From a virus (lineage: Duplodnaviria; Caudoviricetes), in IMG/VR virus record IMGVR_UViG_3300005286_000510, positions 1 to 51,694 of that record: a stretch of 51,694 nt of DNA. One strand, given 5' to 3'. This document shows, piece after piece, positions 8,993 to 17,171 of this stretch (position 1 is the stretch's first letter; the number at the start of each line of letters is the position of its first letter). Both the position numbers and the translations under genes were made by a program. The notes beneath the pieces are model-generated. The model saw only the letters and a program-made list of their open reading frames with translations, made no database searches and had not been told where the DNA came from.

Positions 8993-9382
8993 TTAGAAGC
9001 TGTAGTAGGCCTGCTGCGCACGGGTGCGCAGGTCGTCCGGAATCGTCTCCAGAACAGCCTTGCCGGCATCAGTCAGGAACAGCAGAAAATCCGACTCATG
9101 CCCGCCAGGGGCAGGTTCAGTGCGCACCCAACCCTTGACCTGCAGATCGCGGTAGTCGCTGGCGAAACCCTCGCCATCGATGTCCTCCAGATCAAAGGTC
9201 GCAAGCGAGACCAGCAGCTGTTCCGCCTCGGTCAGCGGCCAGTCGGCGAGGATGTCGCGAGCTTCGTCTGTGAAGTCGGCGACCATATTGGCCTCGCCCT
9301 CAGAGATCAGAGCGATGATAGTGCGCAGACGCTCGAGAACAGCTGCGTCGGGGGAGAGAATGTTCTGGTTTTCCTTTGTCAT
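8993..9382 (-). CDS. Hypothetical protein
   Basis: ORF with AGGAGG RBS. Confidence 0.65.
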   Translation of the reverse strand: MTKENQNILSPDAAVLERLRTIIALISEGEANMVADFTDEARDILADWPLTEAEQLLVSLATFDLEDIDGEGFASDYRDLQVKGWVRTEPAPGGHESDFLLFLTDAGKAVLETIPDDLRTRAQQAYYSF

Positions 9383-9413
9383 CTAAGCTGCCCTCCTGGG
9401 CTTCATTCGTTGA

Positions 9414-9758
9414 TTACGAGACCCGCGAAATGCGGACGCGGTGGTCGATCTGGATGTCGCCGAGATCCTCGACGCTGCCCGACAACGAGAGCCGGACGGA
9501 GCCGCCCGGTGTCTGGCTGCGGCCCTCCACGACCGCTTCGACGGCGTCGTCGACAGGCTCCAAGTGCTCGAGGAGGCGGCGCAGGCGGCTGGCCAGATCG
9601 GTCAGGACGAGGACGGCTTCGGAGGTCTGCTCCTGCTTGATCCAGGTAGCGTCGCCGACGGCCGCGATCTCATCGTCGATGCTGTTGTTGATGATCAGCA
9701 GGCTGTCGGAGAGAGCCCGGCGCAGGCCGGGTAGGTTCAGGTCGAGGTCAGTGCGCAT
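9414..9758 (-). CDS. Hypothetical protein
   Basis: ORF in operon. Confidence 0.6.
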   Translation of the reverse strand: MRTDLDLNLPGLRRALSDSLLIINNSIDDEIAAVGDATWIKQEQTSEAVLVLTDLASRLRRLLEHLEPVDDAVEAVVEGRSQTPGGSVRLSLSGSVEDLGDIQIDHRVRISRVS

Positions 9759-10380
9759 TGGAGGTCTCGTTTTGGGGAGCAGCGGGGAAGTAGACGTGTT
9801 CAGCGAGGCTGGGATTGCCGGTGCTGAAGGCCAGCTGGACCCACCCCAGGTTTGCCTCGACCCGCCTGAGCAGCTTCTGTAGCTCCTCGTGCTGGTCGGA
9901 TGGCTGGGGAATCATCCGGACGAACGCGGCCAGGCCGGTGATGGCACCGACGGCGTTCGAAATGGCGCCATGAGCCAGCCCTGCTTGTTCAGCATTGAAT
10001 CGGACGCCTCGGTATGCTTTGCGCTTGTGCGGCGACCGCTTGAGCTTGATGCCGCACTGGGCTGCCAGCAGTGACACCGCCTGTCTCGTGACGCCGTACT
10101 GGGCGCAAAGCTCCGCTGCCGTCAGGTCGGGATTAGCGGCTACCAGGGCCTTGAATTCCTCCGACTTGGGCAGCTTGCGGTTACGCTCGATACGCTCTGC
10201 ACGTGACAACGTGGCTGCCTTGCGCTTGCGAGCCAGCTTCACGCCGGCACGCTGGGCTTCTTTGCAGACAGCGGCTCGGCTGCAGCTGAACATCTTGGCG
10301 ACTTCGGCTTGTGTGAGCGTCGGATTGGCGGCGACGAAGCCGGCAAAGTCGACCGGCAGCTTCTTGTGTGCACGGGTCAT
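9748..10380 (-). CDS. Tandem-repeat HTH protein
   Basis: Two repeats FVAANPTLTQAEVAKMF / LVAANPDLTAAELCAQY. Confidence 0.7.
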   Translation of the reverse strand: MTRAHKKLPVDFAGFVAANPTLTQAEVAKMFSCSRAAVCKEAQRAGVKLARKRKAATLSRAERIERNRKLPKSEEFKALVAANPDLTAAELCAQYGVTRQAVSLLAAQCGIKLKRSPHKRKAYRGVRFNAEQAGLAHGAISNAVGAITGLAAFVRMIPQPSDQHEELQKLLRRVEANLGWVQLAFSTGNPSLAEHVYFPAAPQNETSNAH

Positions 10381-10778
10381 GAGCGCACTCCCGGCCGGCG
10401 CGGCTTCTTGGTCATCAGCGAGTGCGGCTGGTCGACCGGCGGACGATCGACATCGAGAAAGCCCAGCGGATTTTCGGGATCGATCTCGACGTCGAATTCG
10501 GCGCCGAATGGCTCAGGTGCCTTCTCCGGAGCAGCAGCCGGCTTGAGGTCGGCATTGGGTGCCCAGTCCTTGGGCGCAGTCAGCGCCGCGTCGACGAAGC
10601 GAGTGCGGCCCTCGCGGATGCGGGTGATCTCGGACACGATCAGGTCGACGGAGACGCCCGAGCGAGCGAGGATCTCGACGTGAGGCACCAGGTCAGCAGG
10701 AAGGCTGGCCTGGACGGTGGTGGTCGGCGATGCGGGCGGGCGGCGCGGGGGAACGCCAGGGCGACGGGTCAGGGTCAT
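10377..10778 (-). CDS. Hypothetical protein
   Basis: ATGA-coupled ORF. Confidence 0.6.
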   Translation of the reverse strand: MTLTRRPGVPPRRPPASPTTTVQASLPADLVPHVEILARSGVSVDLIVSEITRIREGRTRFVDAALTAPKDWAPNADLKPAAAPEKAPEPFGAEFDVEIDPENPLGFLDVDRPPVDQPHSLMTKKPRRPGVRS

Positions 10779-11032
10779 GCCAGCGCCCTCAGCATGCTTT
10801 TGACATGCCCTTTGATCGAAGAAGTGTCGTCGCGCTCGAAGGCGCGGATGACACGGTGAGCGGCAATGGCGGTGGCTTCGTTTTTGGTGTGGTCGAGACC
10901 GACACACTCACAGAACGCGTTGAGGGCACGCTCCGTGTCGAAATAAGCCGCTGTGTAAGATTCAGTATCGACAGCGATCTGGCAGATCTTGCCGACCAGT
11001 TCATCGATCTGAGCTTCGGTAGTCTCGGTCAT
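10775..11032 (-). CDS. Hypothetical protein, first gene of the leftward operon
   Basis: Follows an AT-rich divergent intergenic region. Confidence 0.6.
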   Translation of the reverse strand: MTETTEAQIDELVGKICQIAVDTESYTAAYFDTERALNAFCECVGLDHTKNEATAIAAHRVIRAFERDDTSSIKGHVKSMLRALA

Positions 11033-11367
11033 CAGTCAGGATCCAGAAAAGGAATCTGTTTGTTGACCGGACGATTGCCGATTTCGAGTTTGTTGCAAAA
11101 TGCATCAAACTACTGGCAATTCAGCGAAAATAACGCTGCCTGAATGGACAGCAATGTGGCCTGCGCCCGCCTGGCGTATGGGAGTGTTCACTTTGGACGG
11201 CCCCAAAATCGGCCGACTTACAATCCGTTAATTGCAAAAACTCGCAAAGTTAATTCTGCAAAACCTTGTTTCCGGGATGGATTTTCTACAGTTTCGTTGC
11301 TCTGGTTCTATGCGGAGATCCGGTCAATCCTGCTGCTATCGGCCCAAGCGGGCGCATGGAGGTCAAA
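11033..11367. promoter_or_regulatory. Divergent promoter region
   Basis: AT-rich, between divergent genes; palindrome at 11087-11111; several TGCAAAA motifs. Confidence 0.55.
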
Positions 11368-11892
11368 ATGAGAGTAGTGATGGCAGCGGTCGGCCGCGTG
11401 CTGGCGGCTATGGCAGCGGTGATTGTGGTATGGTGCGAGCAGCTGTGCCGGTTCGTGATCCGTTGCCTGCCGGGCTACCAGCCGGCAACGACGGCCGAGC
11501 TGGTAGAGGCATACACCGAGGCGGCTCATGAGGCGACCGTCGAGCCCAGCGTCGAAAGCAAAATCGCTCGCATCCAGGCAGCAGCGGATCTGATGTTTCG
11601 GCAGCAGCCTGTGCCTGGAGACGTGCTGCTGGGACTGTCACCAAAGAGCGTGCGGTGGCTGTCGCTGCTGGACGCTGACATGCTGATTGCTGTTGCCCGG
11701 GCGCGACCGGACGATCTCCGCGAGCATTTGCAGCTTCGGCAGCAGATCCGCGGATTGTTGCGGTTCGAGGATGATGCGATTGCAGAGTATGAGCGTGCGG
11801 TGGAGGCAGACGCGAAAGTCCCAAAAAATCCGGCAGCTCGCCGGACGCGGGAGCGGGCGTTCAGCTTGCCGGCGTTCGGGCCGATTGCCTGA
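11368..11892 (+). CDS. Hypothetical protein
   Basis: GGAGG RBS before ATG 11368; followed by a hairpin. Confidence 0.7.
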   Translation: MRVVMAAVGRVLAAMAAVIVVWCEQLCRFVIRCLPGYQPATTAELVEAYTEAAHEATVEPSVESKIARIQAAADLMFRQQPVPGDVLLGLSPKSVRWLSLLDADMLIAVARARPDDLREHLQLRQQIRGLLRFEDDAIAEYERAVEADAKVPKNPAARRTRERAFSLPAFGPIA

Positions 11893-11896
11893 ATAC

Positions 11897-11930
11897 AAAA
11901 GGCCGCTGGAGCGATCCGGCGGCCTTAATC
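11897..11930. terminator. Probable bidirectional terminator hairpin
   Basis: AAGGCCGCTGGA-GCGA-TCCGGCGGCCTT between convergent genes. Confidence 0.6.
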
Positions 11931-11950
11931 TTTGACTGAGTGGCTGACTG

Positions 11951-12196
11951 TCAGCCGTGCAGCTGCTTGCGACGGCGGTTGAGCCATGCTGCCATTTCAT
12001 CTGCCTCAGCTGCCTGGGTAGCCTGGCGCTGGCGAATGATGGCGGCGTAGCGCTGGCGGCCGATCATGTGACCGCGATCCTCGGCGCGAAGGGCCGCCGT
12101 GTGGACCGCAGCATCCTGGAGGGCACGAGCGGCAGCAAAGGCCACGAGACCGGTGCCGAGGTGCATGCCGGAGATAGTATCACGAGCGGTAGGCAT
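11951..12196 (-). CDS. Hypothetical protein coupled to rep
   Basis: TGATG overlap with the rep stop. Confidence 0.6.
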   Translation of the reverse strand: MPTARDTISGMHLGTGLVAFAAARALQDAAVHTAALRAEDRGHMIGRQRYAAIIRQRQATQAAEADEMAAWLNRRRKQLHG

Positions 12197-13227
12197 CAGA
12201 AATCGATCTCCTCTTCTTCCGGATCGTAGCTGAAAACGATGGCTGGCTGACCGCGGAATTTATCTTGCTTAACATGCATAGTGCCAGTTGCAACGGGTGA
12301 AAGATTTTGCCCGGCATTTGAATCAGTTTTTCGAGCACCGAGCACGGTGACGTTGGTGGTGTCGGCCCGCGGCTTGTCGCTGAGGCGATACTTGTTGCGG
12401 TAGACGCGCTGGCGGCGCCATGTCTTGCCGTCTGTGATGTCGATGACCGGCACGAATTGCGGCTGCTCCTCCAGCTCCGGCACATAGACGTGTATCTCGA
12501 TGTCACGGATCCGTCCGGCCGGCGCGGCTTTGGTGCGGACGATCCGGGGCGTGATCACGACGGACCAGTCGGTGTTCTCTGCTATCTCGGCAGCGGCGAC
12601 CTGCAGGGCATCGATGATGGCGGACGGCCGCATGCTTTTGGGGGTGTTGAGGAAGCCCAGCTCGGACATCGGCAGCCGCATGATCAGCTTGTCGCCGTCT
12701 CGCTTGTGCAGGCAGGTGCGGGCTTCGGCGCCGCCGGTGTTCCAGGCCAGCATCCGGAGAAATAGCGGAACGGAGTATTTGCAATCCGTGCGCTGGAGCA
12801 ACTTGAGCGGGATGTAGACGAAGTGGGATGCCCGGCGCCACATCTCCACCGCGGCGGGATGGATGGTCCAGTCTCGGGTGGACGTGCCCTTCGCGCCCAG
12901 GGAGTTGGAGACGAACTCATTCGGCGTCCCCTCCAGCTCGAACTTGTAGTGCGGCAGGGCAATGGTTCCGAGCTTCGCGGCACGCAGGCGCTGATGCCGC
13001 CGCACGTGGTTTGTCAGGGTATCGCGGTAATCCAGGCCCAGCGCCGCCCGCATGCCATTATCGGGCAGGACGTAGGTGTGGTAGCCCTTCTCCTTAGGCT
13101 CGACAAAGCCGGCCAGGTAGACGGCAGCCAGCGCCCAACCATAATCGGCGGCAACCAGGTCACCAGTAAAAGACATGCTCTGAGCGACCCCCAGCGGGAC
13201 CGGCAACATCGACGGCAAAAGGCTCAT
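12196..13227 (-). CDS. Rep_3-like plasmid replication initiator
   Basis: FVYIPLKLLQRTDCKYSVPLF resembles the Rep_3 SKYS..LY motif; LPMSEL, ALQVAAAEIAENTD and GRIRDIEI fit the second winged helix; AGGAG RBS. Confidence 0.65.
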   Translation of the reverse strand: MSLLPSMLPVPLGVAQSMSFTGDLVAADYGWALAAVYLAGFVEPKEKGYHTYVLPDNGMRAALGLDYRDTLTNHVRRHQRLRAAKLGTIALPHYKFELEGTPNEFVSNSLGAKGTSTRDWTIHPAAVEMWRRASHFVYIPLKLLQRTDCKYSVPLFLRMLAWNTGGAEARTCLHKRDGDKLIMRLPMSELGFLNTPKSMRPSAIIDALQVAAAEIAENTDWSVVITPRIVRTKAAPAGRIRDIEIHVYVPELEEQPQFVPVIDITDGKTWRRQRVYRNKYRLSDKPRADTTNVTVLGARKTDSNAGQNLSPVATGTMHVKQDKFRGQPAIVFSYDPEEEEIDF

Positions 13228-14222
13228 ATTTCACTCTCCTGCCTCAAGGATGGCGTCAGAGAACGATGGAATCAAGTCCTGCACATACAAATTCCGGTAA
13301 TCCATTGTTTCCTCTAGCGATAATTCCACCACCGCAGGTTTTGTCGACCTACCCCCGAATTCCAAGGGGTCGTCTAGCAGCCCCACCATTGCGAGTTCGC
13401 TAGTCCGTTGTTTCTGCTTACATAAAAGCCATTGTTGCAGGTTTTCATACCGACCTATTAAAGAATAGATAGCAGAAACAGGGTTCCTGATAGCCGGATT
13501 CCGACCTTCTGGATTCCGGATCTGGGGTTCGCCAGTAAGCCAGGGCTGACCCTGTAAGCCTGAGTTCACTGCGACCCTATCTTATGCTGCCAACGTAAGG
13601 TCAGGGATAGCCAGCCCAAGCTATGCCAGACTCCTCCGATGCTATCCGGAGCAGAAGGTAGGGGCAGCGAGCCTGAACGGCACAGGCTGACCACGACGAG
13701 CCAGGACACACCTTCTGTTGGCGGAGCGAGCTCTGATGGGTCGACACAGCAGAAGGTAGGTTTGCAGCCTGTAGGGGTCATCTGGCTGGCCCAGGGATAC
13801 GGTGATCTTTCCTTACGATGGCGACGAGGATTGAAAGGCTGATCCAGCAGGAGGTGGCACGATGGCTACACGACCTTCCAGGATTGGCGAGAAAGGGGTG
13901 AAATGACCTTTCGAGGGTGGTTGTAGCTCCAATAGGTGTTTCGAGGCTCTACGGGTCGTTTGGCGAGGTCAACGTAAAAGGCTGTCCAGCTCGATTGTAT
14001 GGCACGAAGCGAGACTGGGCTGTCCGGAGACCTTTTGACCTTTTGCTGGCCCGTCAGAAGCGAGTTAGACGGATTGGATGGGGGTTAAGCGAGAGCTGGC
14101 TAAGACCAGGACGAGGAGGCAATTTCTTTGGCGGAGATAGCTCACAACCGCGTCCGCGACACACCGAGCCGACCTTGAAAGCGACGCTTGTCTCTTTCCA
14201 TGGATTCGGTCATGCCGACCTT
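13228..14222. promoter_or_regulatory. Long lower-GC region upstream of rep, candidate replication control region or origin
   Basis: About 1 kb with no convincing ORF, an AT-rich patch at ~13410-13480 and clustered short repeats. Confidence 0.5.
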
Positions 14223-14681
14223 ATGAGCAGCTTCGACCTACCTATGCCACAAGAGACCGCGACCGCCCGCCAGGCCCGTCAGAGGCGGGACAATGCGGCA
14301 CGTGCCCGGGCGTACCGTGAAAGGCTGAGGGAAGAAGGTAAGCCCACGTCCAGAGAAACGGATGAGGCGATCGTCGAAGCGCTGTCATTTGTGCTGCGGT
14401 ACGCCGTGCCGGTCGACGGTGACGCTTACATCAACGTCCGCGATCTCCATGCGGCCGCAAGGTTGATCCTGAAGCGAGAAGGTAAGTCGAAGCGACACGC
14501 CACGATCGCCGTCGCAGAGAGGTTGGCACCGCGTCACGTTCACACCGAGAAGGGGTGGATGCCGTCCGCGAGGCCAGCCACAGCCGCGACGCTATTTCCG
14601 CCCAAGGAAGGTGGTGGGCAATGGGCCGATGCTGACCTCAAAGATCTGGCGAAAATAATCCGTCATCGTGCCGGAAAATGA
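14223..14681 (+). CDS. Hypothetical basic protein, possibly DNA-binding
   Basis: Arg-rich N-terminus RARAYRERLREEG; start uncertain. Confidence 0.6.
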   Translation: MSSFDLPMPQETATARQARQRRDNAARARAYRERLREEGKPTSRETDEAIVEALSFVLRYAVPVDGDAYINVRDLHAAARLILKREGKSKRHATIAVAERLAPRHVHTEKGWMPSARPATAATLFPPKEGGGQWADADLKDLAKIIRHRAGK

Positions 14682-14748
14682 CCTCCAGCTATTGTGCCTG
14701 ACTCAGTGCCGGGCTAGATATTGAGCGTTGAATAACCACAGACTTTGT

Positions 14749-14780
14749 AGGCGACCTTTCGGGGTCGCCTCTTTTTTTTC
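14749..14780 (+). terminator. Rho-independent terminator
   Basis: AGGCGACCT-TTCG-GGGTCGCCT followed by T8. Confidence 0.85.
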
Positions 14781-14825
14781 GCTACTTCTCTTGCGACAAG
14801 GATCTGTTTCTGCGTCATCATTGGC

Positions 14826-15551
14826 ATGGCGCAAGGAATTGACATCACAGTAGGCATCAATCGACGGCAGCTCCGGGCCTTCGAGCGTGACATGGCGGCG
14901 TTCTCGGACAATGCCGCACGTGCTGCTCAGTCAGCCGCGAACTCCGTTGCCGTCGACGCCCGGAACAGGGTCAAGCGGGTCATCCCCGAGGTTTTCGATC
15001 AGCCTGAAGACCTGACCCGCAATTCCATCATCGCGAGGCAGAAGCGGCTGTCGTCTGTCCGGGCGACCAAGGACGTCTCCGCCGACATCGCGATCAAGGA
15101 TCTGCCCCAGCGCTGGATGAGCTGGCACCTGGGCGACGAAGAACAGGTCAGGAAACCCGCCGACATCGGGATGGGCAAGAAGCACATCATGATCCCTGTC
15201 GTGGAGAACCTCACCTCCGCGGAGGCGAAGGCTGCCGGTGTCTCCGTAACCGTGACTCCAGGTGGAAATCTCCCACCCGGAACGCTCCAAAAACTCTTCG
15301 GGATGACCGGACCGGGCGGCAAGCTGTGGTGGGGTCGCGTCCGCAAGGGGGGCGCAGAAGGCCTGTGGCTGCGGCCAGCCAGGATCGGGCGCCGGAATCT
15401 CCATGCGCCGAAACTGCTCATCGCAGCCAAGGACAGGGCGACATACCGCCCAAGCCTGCAGGGGCCGATGGATGCCGCGCTGCGCAAGGCCGCAAGGCTG
15501 TTTCCCGCGAAGCTGCGCAAGGCCATGCGGCAGCAGAGGTGGAGACGATGA
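14826..15551 (+). CDS. Phage protein, probably tail-completion (gpZ-like)
   Basis: Basic protein with VFDQP...T motif; sits upstream of terminase. Confidence 0.55.
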   Translation: MAQGIDITVGINRRQLRAFERDMAAFSDNAARAAQSAANSVAVDARNRVKRVIPEVFDQPEDLTRNSIIARQKRLSSVRATKDVSADIAIKDLPQRWMSWHLGDEEQVRKPADIGMGKKHIMIPVVENLTSAEAKAAGVSVTVTPGGNLPPGTLQKLFGMTGPGGKLWWGRVRKGGAEGLWLRPARIGRRNLHAPKLLIAAKDRATYRPSLQGPMDAALRKAARLFPAKLRKAMRQQRWRR

Positions 15552-15570
15552 CCACCGCTCCAGCCATGGC

Positions 15571-15602
15571 AAACGGAAGCTATCTCGAGATCGCTTCCGT
15601 TT
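15571..15602. repeat. 32-bp near-perfect palindrome (copy 1 of the GGAAGCTA..TCGA..TAGCTTCC family)
   Basis: AAACGGAAGCTATCTCGAGATCGCTTCCGTTT. Confidence 0.85.
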
Positions 15603-15795
15603 CCTTGCATCCATTTCCGGGCATGCGGACGCACACGCGTCAGGACAGCGGGAACGACCCTGTTAACAGCAATCCGGTTAACGCTACAGGGCCGGATAGT
15701 CACCGCAAGCAGACATATAATCCTCATCACAGGGTCGGTCAGACCCCAAAATGTCAAGCTCGCTCGAAGGAATATTTTTCTCCTCCTTCAGCAAG

Positions 15796-15921
15796 GATTA
15801 CTACAACTATACTATTCGATTACTACAACTATACTTCAAGTAGTCATTTAATCCTTCTCGCGAGCAATTTTATTCCTTGTGTAATCCATGACCTCGCCCA
15901 TGTAATCCACGATCACGCGCC
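15796..15921. repeat. Iteron-like direct repeats in an AT-rich patch
   Basis: GATTACTACAACTATACT at 15796 and 15818 (period 22); TGTAATCCA at 15880 and 15901 (period 21). Confidence 0.75.
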
Positions 15922-16115
15922 CGCGAGCCAACTCCTATTCCGTGTAGGCAAATCCGCCGGGCAATCCGTGATAAATGAAGGTTATCACGAACTGCCTGCC
16001 GGCACACCTGCGCCCGCGCGTGCCCCCATGTCCGCAGGTCGGCCCAAGTATTGCGAGTCGGCCAATCACCCCTCCCGCACCCCTGCCAGACCCCTGCCGG
16101 CCAATACAAGGAATG

Positions 16116-16139
16116 GGAAGCTAAGTCGAGATAGCTTCC
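16116..16139. repeat. 24-bp palindrome (copy 2)
   Basis: GGAAGCTAAGTCGAGATAGCTTCC. Confidence 0.85.
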
Positions 16140-16369
16140 GTTCGCGGGTCGGGAAAGTAGATCGCATGGGCGATTACTTGCTGCCAAGGGGTGGCAGGTC
16201 AGCCTGTGATGCCCCGGATACCAGGGGCATGACCTGCCGCCACCTGCCGGGTGATGCTGTCCATGATCGTCGTGGCTGTCATGTGCGGCTCGATGCCGGT
16301 CGTCCTGGTCTCGGATCGGGTCGTCGTGTGTGTGGTTTCGGCAACACTGGCTTTGTTGCAGACAGCATC

Positions 16370-16500
16370 AAAGGGGGCAGGACAGCGGGGGCCCCTGGGG
16401 CGGCCGGGGGTGCGGGGTCGATTTGCCCTCGCTATGGGCCACCCTCATAAAAATTTTTGAAAAATTTTTCCAAAATCCAACGAAATCAGGAACTTAGCCC
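16370..16500 (+). other. Candidate cos/packaging region
   Basis: G-run tract followed by A/T tracts just upstream of terS in a GpA-type packaging module; cut site not identifiable. Confidence 0.45.
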
Positions 16501-16502
16501 CG

Positions 16503-17171
16503 ATGGCCACCACCCGCAAAGCCGCCAAAACCACCGCCAAGAAGCCCTTTTTCTGGGAAGATCCCAACGATCCGAGCCAGGTTTCGGCCATCCAGCTGGC
16601 TGCGATCCTCAAGGTGAACCGCGAGACGGTCACTATGTGGATCAAACAGGGGTGCCCGACGCTCAAGGATAGCTCCGGTCCGGGTGATGCCTACGTCCTT
16701 TCGGTGCCTGCCGTGGTCGAGTGGCGCATCCAGCAGGCCGTCAATGCCACCACCGAGCGCAACCTCAAGGCACTCACCAAAACCCGCCAGGATGCCTCCA
16801 GGACGGGTGGAAAGTCGGCGTCGAAGGAAGCATCGGACGAGATCAAGGCCCAGGCTCAGGCCAACATTGCGGTCATTGAGGAGGCCGAAAGGCGCCGTGC
16901 GGTGGCTCCCGTTGAGCTGATGCAGTCCATTTTCGCCGAGTGCATCAGCGAAATCTCGATGGCTGTGCAGAACATCCCCTACGAAGTGGAACGGAATCTG
17001 CCTCCCGGGGTGCCTCGCAAGGTGCTGCCGCCCATCATTCAGGAACAAATTTCCATCGCCCTCGAGGGTAAGGTGATCGATTTGCGGGCGTCGATTGGCC
17101 CTCTGATCCCCTATGACACCGCCCCTATTTCCGTGGCTTCCAATGAAAATGGGGAGGCGGACGATGAGTAA
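16503..17171 (+). CDS. terS: Terminase small subunit (Nu1-like)
   Basis: N-terminal HTH QLAAILKVNRETVTMWIKQGCP; precedes terL. Confidence 0.85.
   Translation: MATTRKAAKTTAKKPFFWEDPNDPSQVSAIQLAAILKVNRETVTMWIKQGCPTLKDSSGPGDAYVLSVPAVVEWRIQQAVNATTERNLKALTKTRQDASRTGGKSASKEASDEIKAQAQANIAVIEEAERRRAVAPVELMQSIFAECISEISMAVQNIPYEVERNLPPGVPRKVLPPIIQEQISIALEGKVIDLRASIGPLIPYDTAPISVASNENGEADDE

Noticed and set aside
13231-13781. Small minus-strand ORFs upstream of rep
   Set aside because: Atypical composition and no motifs; the RNP repeats reflect DNA repeats; a leader peptide remains possible but unsupported
15571-15602. Palindrome as a protelomerase (telRL) site of a linear plasmid prophage
   Set aside because: No protelomerase or tyrosine-recombinase ORF seen; the motif occurs three times and is shorter than the N15 site
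15662-15683. CtrA box (GTTAAC...GTTAAC)
   Set aside because: TTAA half-sites are 11 nt apart, not the canonical 7
13340-16200. CRISPR mini-array or tRNA in the non-coding regions
   Set aside because: Repeats are too short or irregular, there are no cas genes, and I found no cloverleaf by eye
16395-16420. Exact lambda-type cohesive end sequence
   Set aside because: GGGCGGCC only partly resembles lambda cos; the cut site needs virion end sequencing
15326-16450. 374-aa ORF across the pre-terminase region
   Set aside because: Overlaps the 14826 gene, runs through repeats and palindromes, and lacks phage codon bias; a shorter product from ATG 15548 cannot be fully excluded
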